64,000 nucleotides of DNA from Laetmonice hystrix (lineage: Eukaryota). A program made the translations under genes and the position numbers. Positions within the stretch are counted from its first letter, which is position 1. Each line of letters opens with the position of its first letter. This document shows positions 51,201 to 63,200 of the stretch, piece by piece. The DNA lies in NCBI GenBank assembly GCA_965235115.1, contig OZ249452.1:12648001-12712000 (forward strand), read 5' to 3'. The notes below the pieces were generated by a model. That model had not been told where the DNA came from. It did not search any database and worked only from the letters and a program-made list of their open reading frames with translations.

Positions 51201-54200
51201 TGTACATCTTCTGGAAGATTTTGGAGAAAGTCTCTATAAAAATGGAGAAATAAATAACAAATGATAACAGCATGCAAATAAAAAGATTCCCTGAAAGCAA
51301 GCTCTGAAGAGCTCACTATGTAGGAAGTCCGGGTAGGACGTGTAGGACACTGATTTAAACTGACATGTCACGTTTTATACAGTCCTCACCTTCATCCAGG
51401 GGTTGGCCGCTGTAAGAAACATAAGTATGAAGATAATAACAACGCGAAAAGAATATCATACCTGCTTCCACGGTTAGGTTAGCTGAGGTGGAATCATCAG
51501 GAACCTTTGCCGTGTATTCAGACGTGTCATCAGGCTTTGTCCCTGTAAGGATCAATCGGTGCTTTGTGCCATCGACAACCACCTTGGTGCGCTTGTCTGG
51601 TTTGATCTTTTTACCGTTTTTGAACCACTCGACCTTTTGGTTAGGTTTGGACAGTTCACACTCAAGGGTGACAGACTCGCCTTCAGGGCACGACGTGTCC
51701 TTGAGAGGTTGGGTGAAGGTCACCTTGGCTTCTGTAGGAGACACACATTCAAGGTTTGGTGAGGATGGGGACACACAATTACTCTAATTGTACATTGGTC
51801 TGGATGCACACATTAAAGGGAACAACACTCTATTTCTAGGCCTTGAAAGCTTACTCTGCGCATATTATAGGACTCTTGACTGATTCAAGGGGTTTACATA
51901 GAGACAATAATAACTTTAATTTAAAGCGATGACCCACTATGTAATTATTTTAAGACTCATTTGACTTTTTTTACAAGGTGAATTTAGTTTCAAAGGGTAC
52001 AGAAATGGTTGATGTCTCATAATATTTCATTCTAAAGATTTGTCAAAATTACTTTGCCTAAAAAGTGGCCAGCATTTTGATTCACAAATATCATAAGGAG
52101 CTAGTGGATCATTGCCTTAGTATTCACATAAAGGAAGGACTCAGACAGACAGAGGGGCCTGTGATGTCTTTGGTACTGTCACAGGGTTGTTAAGTACATT
52201 GTGTGAAGTCAGCTGGGAGGCATACCTTCCACATTGAGTTTAGCTGAGGTGGAATCATCAGGAACCTTTGCCGTGTATTCAGACGTGTCATCAGGCTTTG
52301 TCCCTGTAAGGATCAATCGGTGCTTTGTGCCATCGACAACCACCTTGGTGCGCTTGTCTGGTTTGATCTTTTTACCGTTTTTGAACCACTCGACCTTTTG
52401 GTTAGGTTTGGACAGTTCACACTCAAGGGTGACAGACTCGCCTTCAGGGCACGACGTGTCCTTGAGAGGTTGGGTGAAGGTCACCTTGGCTTCTGTAGGA
52501 GACACACATTCAAGGTTTGGTGAGGATGGGGACACACAATTACTCTAATTGTACATTGGTCTGGATGCACACATTAAAGGGAACAACACTCTATTTCTAG
52601 GTCTTGAAAGCTTAATCTGCGCATATTATAGGACTCTTGACTGATTCAAGGGGTTTACATAGAGACAATAATAACTTTAATTTAAAGCGATGACCCACTA
52701 TGTAATTATTTTATGACTCATTTGACTTTTTTAACAAGGTGAATTTAGTTTCAAAGGGTACAGAAATGGTTGATGTCTCATAATATTTCATTCTAAAGAT
52801 TTGTCAAAATTACTTTGCCTAAAAAGTGGCCAGCATTTTGATTCACAAATATCATAAGGAGCTAGTGGATCATTGCCTTAGTATTCACATAAAGGAAGGA
52901 CTCAGACAGACAGAGGGGCCTGTGATGTCTTTGGTACTGTCACAGGGTTGTTAAGTACACTGTGTGAAGTCAGCTCGGAGGCATACCTTCCACATTGAGT
53001 TTAGCTGACGTGGAATCATCAGGAACCTTTGCCGTGTATTCAGACGTGTCATCAGGCTTTGTCCCTGTAAGGATCAATCGGTGCTTTGTGCCATCGACAA
53101 CCACCTTGGTGCGCTTGTCTGGTTTGATCTTTTTACCGTTTTTGAACCACTCGACCTTTTGGTTAGGTTTGGACAGTTCACACTCAAGGGTGACAGACTC
53201 GCCTTCAGGGCACGACGTGTCCTTGAGAGGTTGGGTGAAGGTCACCTTGGCTTCTGTAGGAGACACACATTCAAGGTTTGGTGAGGATGGGGACACACAA
53301 TTACTCTAATTGTACATTGGTCTGGATGCACACATTAAAGGGAACAACACTCTATTTCTAGGCCTTGAAAGCTTACTCTGCGCATATTATAGGACTCTTG
53401 ACTGATTCAAGGGGTTTACATAGAGACAATAATAACTTTAATTTAAAGCGATGACCCACTATGTAATTATTTTAAGACTCATTTGACTTTTTTTACAAGG
53501 TGAATTTAGTTTCAAAGGGTACAGAAATGGTTGATGTCTCATAATATTTCATTCTAAAGATTTGTCAAAATTACTTTGCCTAAAAAGTGGCCAGCATTTT
53601 GATTCACAAATATCATAAGGAGCTAGTGGATCATTGCCTTAGTATTCACATAAAGGAAGGACTCAGACAGACAGAGGGGCCTGTGATGTCTTTGGTACTG
53701 TCACAGGGTTGTTAAGTACATTGTGTGAAGTCAGCTGGGAGGCATACCTTCCACATTGAGTTTAGCTGAGGTGGAATCATCAGGAACCTTTGCCGTGTAT
53801 TCAGACGTGTCATCAGGCTTTGTCCCTGTAAGGATCAATCGGTGCTTTGTGCCATCGACAACCACCTTGGTGCGCTTGTCTGGTTTGATCTTTTTACCGT
53901 TTTTGAACCACTCGACCTTTTGGTTAGGTTTGGACAGTTCACACTCAAGGGTGACAGACTCGCCTTCAGGGCACGACGTGTCCTTGAGAGGTTGGGTGAA
54001 GGTCACCTTGGCTTCTGTAGGAGACACACATTCAAGGTTTGGTGAGGATGGGGACACACAATTACTCTAATTGTACATTGGTCTGGATGCACACATTAAA
54101 GGGAACAACACTCTATTTCTAGGTCTTGAAAGCTTAATCTGCGCATATTATAGGACTCTTGACTGATTCAAGGGGTTTACATAGAGACAATAATAACTTT

Positions 54201-57200
54201 AATTTAAAGCGATGACCCACTATGTAATTATTTTATGACTCATTTGACTTTTTTAACAAGGTGAATTTAGTTTCAAAGGGTACAGAAATGGTTGATGTCT
54301 CATAATATTTCATTCTAAAGATTTGTCAAAATTACTTTGCCTAAAAAGTGGCCAGCATTTTGATTCACAAATATCATAAGGAGCTAGTGGATCATTGCCT
54401 TAGTATTCACATAAAGGAAGGACTCAGACAGACAGAGGGGCCTGTGATGTCTTTGGTACTGTCACAGGGTTGTTAAGTACATTGTGTGAAGTCAACTGGG
54501 AGGCATACCTTCCACATTGAGTTTAGCTGAGGTGGAATCATCAGGAACCTTTGCCGTGTATTCAGACGTGTCATCAGGCTTTGTCCCTGTAAGGATCAAT
54601 CGGTGCTTTGTGCCATCGACAACCACCTTGGTGCGCTTGTCTGGTTTGATCTTTTTACCGTTTTTGAACCACTCGACCTTTTGGTTAGGTTTGGACAGTT
54701 CACACTCAAGGGTGACAGACTCGCCTTCAGGGCACGACGTGTCCTTGAGAGGTTGGGTGAAGGTCACCTTGGCTTCTGTAGGAGACACACATCCAAGGTT
54801 TGGTGAGGATGGGATAACACAATTACTCTAATTGTACATTGGTCTGGATGCACACATTAAAGGGAACAACACGTTATTTCCAGGTCTCAATAATTTACTG
54901 TACTAGGGATTCTTGACTGATTCAAGGGGTTTAAACATAGAGACAATATATTAACTTTAATTTAAAGCGATGACCCACTATGTGTTGTATGGCTCATTTG
55001 ACATATTTTTTAACATGGTGAATTTAGCTTAAAAGGGTACATAAATGGTTGATGTCTCTTAATATTTACTTCCAAAGATTTGTCAAAATTACTTTACCTA
55101 AAAAGTGGCCCGCATTTTGAGTCACAAAATATCATAAGGAACTATAGTGGGTCATTGCCTTAGTATTCACATAAAGGAAGGACTCAGACAGACAGAGGGG
55201 CCTGTGACGTTTTTGGTACTGTCACAGATTTGTTAGGTACATTGTGTGAAGTCAGCTGGGAGGCATACCTTCCACATTGAGTTTAGCTGAGGTGGAATCA
55301 TCAGGAACCTTTGCCGTGTATTCAGACGTGTCATCAGGCTTTGTCCCTGTAAGGATCAATCGGTGCTTTGTGCCATCGACAACCACCTTGGTACGCTTGT
55401 CTGGTTTGATCTTTTTACCGTTTTTGAACCACTCGACCTTTTGGTTAGGTTTGGACAGTTCACACTCAAGGGTGACAGACTCGCCTTCAGGGCACGACGT
55501 GTCCTTGAGAGGTTGGGTGAAGGTCACCTTGGCTTCTGTAGGAGACACACAGGATGAGGGTTCAGATGAGTATGTTCAAGGACATGAGTAAACTACCAAC
55601 ACTTACAAATTAAAAATCACAGTCACATGGGTTATACATCATTCCCTAATAATCACAGACATAACCCCTCTGACACACACAGGTCACATTCATTCACACA
55701 TAAAGATATTCGTCTCTCATTCAAAAATTTAACAGCTGGTACATATTATATGTAATTATAACACAGGTCACAAGAAACCCTACCTTCAACAATCAGGGCC
55801 GCTGAGGTAGAGTCATCAGGAATTCTGACTGTGTACTGAGCCTTATCATCCGCCTTGGCCTGTGTCAAAGTCAACCTTTGAACAGGGCCATCAGCGGTGA
55901 TCTTCATTCTTTTGTCAGGCTTGATCTTTTTACCATCTTTTAGCCATTCCACACTCTTGACTGGTTTAGAGAGTTCACACTCGAAGGTGACTGTGTCCTC
56001 TGTTGCACACTTAGTGTCCGCTAGGGGTTTGGTGAAGGTCACCTTGGTTTCTGTAGGGGTAACAACACACACAGGAAGTGAGAAGGGACTTGTATTACGA
56101 ACCGATATTGTACAACTATAACAACAACAACATTGGACATCAATTTTTCCTCGTGCACATGCATTTGACGTCCGAACAAAATCTTTATCTTGAATAGGAC
56201 GTTTTCTAATCCTTTGACATGCGGTGTTTTTGATCCTTGGCTGGTGTGAAGGTGAGCTGCATTTTGGTCATTTGGTAAACGTTAAACCATTCAACGTTTT
56301 ACCTGGGCTTTGAGCATGAATTAAGTGTCTTTGTGGCAGACTCGATGGAACCAAGCGCAGTTATCCAACAGTTACAATTACCTTTGACGGTAAGTTTGCC
56401 GGTCGTTGTGTCACTAGGGATCTTAGCCATGTATTCAGCTGTATCATCGACCTTGGATTGTATCAAGGTCAACTGATGGACAGTTCCTTCAGACTGGACC
56501 TGAGTATGTTTGTCAGGTTTGATTTTTTTGCCATCTTTGAACCATTCAACCTTCTGGTTTGGTTTGGATGTTTGACAGGCCAAGGTCACAGAATCTTCCT
56601 CGGTACACTCGGTGTGTTCAAGTGGTCTCGTGAAAACGACAGGGGATTCTGAGCAGAAACACAATTAGAGGTTTGCTTAGTCAGAAGGAAACTATTAAGT
56701 CTATGTCTCTTAACATTAGTAAAGTCACAGAAAGACATAAGGATGGACACCCTAGTGAGCTCTATTATAAAGACCATCTTACACCTAAGGTATATTAGAC
56801 ACCATTAAAAACGTTTTCATGCATAATGTGCTAATTATGAAAGGGTGAGGTATACCTTCCACTGTCAGTTTGCCTGATGTTTCATCAGTGGGAATCTTGG
56901 CAGTGTATTTGGCTGTGTCGTCGACCTTGGATGGTGTGAAGGTCAACTGCTGGACAGTGCCTTCAGCCTTGACCTTGGTACGTTTGTCAGGTTTAATCTT
57001 TTTACCATCCTTTAACCATTCAACCTTCTGGTTTGGCTTGGACGTTTCACAGGTCAAAGTGACAGAATCTTCTTCAGTACATTTAGTGTCTTCAAGTGGT
57101 TTGGTGAACTTGACAGGGGATTCTGTACAAACACACAATTGGGGAGGATGGATGTCTCAGGGCGGTTCACTGCAGATACCTTTTACATCACTGCTAATTA

Positions 57201-60200
57201 CAAAGCAGGATTGCATGCACTTCAGATTATGTTAAGTTTATCATTTGGGGTCATGCAAACGTCGGATGTCAAATTAAGTTTTGGAGTGACTGCGGCTTAT
57301 TTATGATGTTGAATTCATGATATCCCTATTTTTTCTGTTCTTCCAAAGCATCTTTGATTGTTGCCGTACAATCCAGACAAATCAACATCGATTGACTTGC
57401 AAATAAAAGCGCCATGCACATGAAAACGGCAGGCTATACCTTCCACTGTAAGTTTGGCCGATGTTTCATCAGTTGGAATCTTGACAGTGTATTTGGCTGT
57501 GTCATCGACCTTGGATGGTGTGAAGGTCAACTGATGAACAGTGCCTTCAGCCTTGACCTTGGTACGTTTGTCAGGTTTGATCTTTTTACCATCCTTCAAC
57601 CATTCAACCTTCTGGTTTGGCTTGGACGTTTCACATGTCAGAGTGATAGACTCCTCCTCTGTACATTTAGTGTCTTCAAGTGGTTTGGTGAACTTGACAG
57701 GGGATTCTGTACAAACACACAATTAGGGAGGATGGATGGACATACAGCTAAGGGTGGCTCACTCTGAATATCTCTTACAACATGACTAATCAAGGATATA
57801 CATTGCATGCAGTTCATATTATGTTAAAGTTTATAAATTTGGGGTCATGCGAATGGTGGAAGTCACAAAGTCTATCACTGACTGAGGCTTATTGATGATG
57901 TTGAATTATTTTTATCCCTTCCATTGCTGTTCCAACAAAACACCTGTTGCTGAAAACAAGCCAGGCAACTCAACATGGTCTGACTTGCAGAGAAAAGAAC
58001 CATGCATATTCGTAAAAACGGCAGGATATACCTTCCACTGTCAGTTTGCCTGAAGTTTCATCAGTTGGAATCTTGGCAGTGTATTTGGCTGTGTCATCGA
58101 CCTTGGATGGCGTGAAGGTCAACTGATGGACAGTGCCTTCAGCCTTGACCTTGGTACGTTTGTCAGGTTTAATCTTTTTACCATCCTTCAACCATTCAAC
58201 CTTCTGGTTTGGCTTGGACGTTTCACAAGTCAAAGTGACAGAATCTTCTTCAGTACACTTAGTGTCGTCAAGTGGTTTGGTGAACTTGACAGGGGATTCT
58301 GTACAAACATACAATCGGGGCGGATGGATGTCTTAGGGCGGTTCACTGCAGATACCTTTTACAACACTGCTAATTACAAGGCAAGATTGCATGCAGTTTA
58401 GATTATGTCAAGTTTATCATTTGGGGTCATGCAAATGTCGGAAGTCAATGTTTCTTAGTGACTGAGGCTTAGTTATGATGTTAAATTCTTGATATCCCTA
58501 TTTCTTCTGTTCCTTCAAAGCATCTTTAATTGTTGCCGTACAATCCAGACAAGTCAACATTGAATGACTTGCAAATATAAGCGCCATCATGCACATAAAA
58601 ACGGCAGGCTATACCTTCCACTGTCAGTTTGGCTGATGTTTCATCAGTTGGGATCTTGGCACTATATTTGGCTGTGTCATCGACCTTGGATGGCGTGAAG
58701 GTCAACTGATGGACAGTGCCTTCAGCCTTGACCTTGGTACGTTTGTCAGGTTTAATCTTTTTACCATCCTTCAACCATTCAACCTTCTGGTTTGGCTTGG
58801 ACGTTTCACAGGTCAGAGTGATAGACTCCTCCTCTGTACATTTAGTGTCTTCAAGTGGTTTGGTGAACTTGACAGGGGACTCTGTACAAACACACAATTG
58901 GGGAGGATAGATGTCTAAGGGCGGTTCACTGCAAATACCTTTTACAACACTGCTAATTACAAGGCAGTATTACATGCACTTCAGATTATGTTAGGTTTAT
59001 CATTTGGGGTCATGCAAAATGTCGGAAGTCCATGTTTCTCAGTGACAGAGGCTTATTTATGATGTTGAATTCTTGATATCCCTACTTTTGCTGTTCCTTC
59101 AAAGCATCTATGTTTGTTGCCGTACAATCCAGACAAATCAACATTGATTGCCTTGCAAATAAAAGCGCCATGCACATATGAAAACGGCAGGCTATACCTT
59201 CCACTGTCAGTTTGCCCGATGTTTCATCAGTTGGGATCTTGGCAGTGTATTTGGCTGTGTCATCGACCTTGGATGGCGTGAAGGTTAACTGATGGACAGT
59301 GCCTTCAGCCTTGACCTTGGTACGTTTGTCAGGTTTGATTTTTTTACCATCCTTCAACCATTCAACCTTCTGGTTTGGCTTGGACGTTTCGCAGGTCAAA
59401 GTGATAGACTCCTCCTCTGTACATTTAGTGTCTTCAAGTGGTTTGGTGAACTTGACAGGGGATTCTGTACAAACACACAATTGGGGAGGATGGATGGACA
59501 TACAGCTAAGGGTGGCTCACTCTGAATATCTCTTACAACATGACTAATCAAGGACATACATTGCATGCAGTTCATATTATGTTAAAGTTTATAAATTTGG
59601 GGTCATGCGAAAGGTGGAAGTCACAAAGTCTATCATTGCCTGAGGCTTATTGATGATGTTGAAATCTTTCTATCACTAACTTCTCTTGCTTTTCCAACAA
59701 AACTCCCACGATTGTTGCTATAAACAATCAGACAACTCAACATGGTCTGACTTGCAAAGAAAAGAACCATGCACATTGACAGAAATGGCAAGGTATACCT
59801 TCTACTGTCAGTTTGCCTGATGTTTCATCAGTTGGGATCTTGGCAGTGTATTTGGCTGTGTCATCGACCTTGGATGGCGTGAAGGTCAACTGATGGACAG
59901 TGCCTTCAGCCTTGACCTTGGTACGTTTGTCAGGTTTAATCTTTTTACCATCCTTCAACCATTCAACCTTCTGGTTTGGCTTGGACGTTTCACAGGTCAG
60001 AGTGATAGACTCCTCCTCTGTACATTTAGTGTCTTCAAGTGGTTTGGTGAACTTGACAGGGGATTCTGTACAAACACACAATTGGGAAGGATGGATGGAT
60101 ATACAGCTAAGGGTAGCTCACTGTGAATATCTTTTACAACATGACTAATCAAAAATATGCATTGCATGCAGTTCAGATTATGTTAACATTTCCAATTTGG

Positions 60201-63200
60201 GGTCATGCAAATGGTAGACGTTAACATTTTGTCATTGACTGAGGCTTCCTTATGACGTAGAATTCCTGATATCAGTTATCTTGCTGTTCCAACAAAACTT
60301 CCATGACTGTTGCTATAAACAAGTCAGACAAGCAGCATGGTCTGACTTGCAAATAAAAGCGCCATGCACATATAAAAACGGCAGGCTATACCTTCCACTG
60401 TCAGTTTGCCTGATGTTTCATCAGTTGGGATCTTGGCAGTGTATTTGGCTGTGTCATCGACCTTGGATGGCGTGAAGGTCAACTGATAGACAGTGCCTTC
60501 AGCCTTGACCTTGGTACGTTTGTCAGGTTTGATCTTTTTACCATCCTTCAACCATTCAACCTTCTGGTTTGGCTTGGACGTTTCACAGGTCAAAGTGATA
60601 GACTCCTCCTCTGTACACTTAGTGTCTTCAAGTGGTTTGGTGAACTTGACAGGGGATTCTGTACAAACACACAATTGGGGAGGATGGATGGACATACAGC
60701 TATGGGTAGCTCACTCTGAATATCTCTTACAACATGACTAATCAAGGAGATACATTGCATGCAGTTCATATTATGTTAAAGTTTTAAATTTGGGGTCATG
60801 CAAATGGTACAAGATAACATTTTGTCCTTGACTGAGGCTTCCTTGTGACGTAGAATTCTTGATATCGGTTATCTTGCTGTTCCAACAAAACTTCCATGAC
60901 TGTTGCTTTAAACAAGTCAGACAACTCAACATGGTCTGACTGACAAAGAAATGAACCATACACATTGATTAAGGAGGCAAGCTATACCTTCCACTGTAAG
61001 TTTGGCTGATGTTTCATCAGTTGGGATCCTGGCAGTGTATTTGGCTGTATCATCGACCTTGGATGGCGTAAAGGTCAACTGCTGGACAGTGCCTTCAGCC
61101 TTGACCTTGGTACGTTTGTCAGGTTTAATCTTTTTACTATCCTTCAACCATTCAACCTTCTGGTTTGGCTTGGATGTTTCACAGGCCAATGTGACAGAAT
61201 CTTCTTCAGTACACTTAATGTCTTCAAGTGGTTTGGTGAACTTGACAGGGGATTCTGTACAAACACACAATTAGGAAGGATGGATGGGCATACAGCTAAG
61301 GGTGGCTCACTCTGAATATCTCTTACAACATGACTAATCAAAAAGATACATTGCATGCAGTTCATATTATGTTAAAGTTTTCAATTTAGGGTCATGCAAA
61401 TGGTAGTCGTTAGCATTTTGTCATTGACTGAGGCTTCCTTATGGCGTAGAATTCTTGATATTAGTTATCTTGCTCTTCCAACAAAACTTCCATGACTGTT
61501 GCTATAAACAAGTCAGAGAACCCAGCATGGTCTGCCTTGCAAATAAAAGCGCCATGCACATAAAAACGGCAGGCTATACCTTCTACTGTCAGTTCAAATT
61601 TTGGGGTCATGCAAATGGTGGAAGTCACAAAGTCTATCACTGACTGAGGCTTATTGATGATATGTTGATTTCTTTTTATGCCTTCCATTGCTGTTTCAAC
61701 AAAACTTGAACATCTGTTGCTGTAAACAAGCCAGACAACTCAACATGGTCTGACTTGCAGAGAAAAGAACCATGCACATTCGGAAAAACGGCAAGGTATA
61801 CCTTCTACTGTGAGTTTGCCCGTTGTTTCATCAGTTGGGATCTTGGCAGTATATTTGGCTGTGTCGTCGACCTTGGATGGTGTAAAGGTCAACTGATGGA
61901 CAGTGCCTTCAGCCTTGACCTTGGTACGTTTGTCAGGTTTGATCTTTTTACCATCCTTGAGCCAGTCAACCTTTGTTCCTGGTTTTGACACTTCACATGT
62001 CAACGTTATGGTCTCCTCTTCCACACATTGTGTGTCCTCTAGTGGTCTTGTGAATTTGACACTCGGTTCTGTACAAAATCGAACATAAAAATTGGGATAC
62101 CACACCAAAAAGGGTGAGCCACACCAGGAGAGTTTCTCTTAGGATACAGGTATACATTTGTACAGGTATGTTATAGCTAATGAGGCAATATTACATCCAT
62201 ATACACTTACTAGTAAGGTTTACTCATGGATAATTAACAGGCATGCAAAGGAGGACTGTAGTTAGCATACCTTCTACAGTCAATTTTGCTGTAGTGGAAT
62301 CCTCAGGAACCTTAGCCGTATAATCAGCCGTGTCATCCACCTTGGATGGTGTCAAGGTCAACCGATGCACTGTACCATCAGCGCTCACCTTGGTGCGTTT
62401 GTCAGGCTTGATCTTTTTGCCATTTTTGAACCACTCAACTGGTTGATCAGGTTTGGAAAGTTCACACTCAAAGGTAACTGATTCATCTTCAGTGCATTTG
62501 GTATCCTTGAGAGGTCTGGTAAACTTCACTGGGGCCTCTGCATTAATAGGAAACATACAGCACTCAGGATAGGGTGAAGGACTGGGGGGGGGAACACTTT
62601 ACAATAGGAGGTGACAAGTGGAAATATTGTTGCGGCCCAACAACAAATTAAATATGATGTCTGGACATAGGACTTTGGTCCCCATACTGTCAGTTCAATG
62701 TAGGAGTATGAATGATGAAAAGTAATGATGTTTAGAGTCCATGCATTTATTTAGTACCGGGTACAATAGTATTATTGAAAGGATATCCTTCAATACCTTG
62801 CACGGTTAGCTTTCCTGACGTGGTATGCTCGGAAACTTTGGCTGTGTACTCTGCCATGTCATTGACTTTAACTTGTGTCAAAGTTAACTGATGTTTTGTG
62901 CCTTCAGCTGTCACTTTGGTGCGTTCGTCTGGCTTTATCTTTTTGCCATCTTTCAACCAGTCAACTGTTTTATCAGGTTTGGACAGTTCACAATCAAAGG
63001 TCACTGATTCGTCCTCTGTGCACTTTTTGTCCTTGAGAGGCACAGTGAAGGTCGCTGTTGCTTCTGTTACAAAGAATTGTAGGGATTCGGGATATGTTAT
63101 TTCTACACAATATAATATACTCGCAGCATCCGTTTATATTTTTACTACTGGCATGCACTTTCCAAACCAGATTTAAAATAAAAGTCTAATGGGTCTTAAA

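Larger units (their letters stand above)
51462..55540. repeat. 761-bp exon+intron tandem array, 6 exon copies
   Basis: Exon starts at 52226, 52987, 53748, 54509 (step 761) and 55269; near-identical DNA. Confidence 0.95.
56856..62068. repeat. ~590-bp exon+intron tandem array (ESPVKF Ig family): 8 intact copies, 1 deleted unit and 1 chimeric exon
   Basis: Exon spacing 583-601 bp; near-identical peptides. Confidence 0.93.

Noticed and set aside
51462-62068. 761-bp and 590-bp repeats as transposon arrays
   Set aside because: Each unit is an Ig exon plus its intron, with no TIR, LTR, TSD or transposase.
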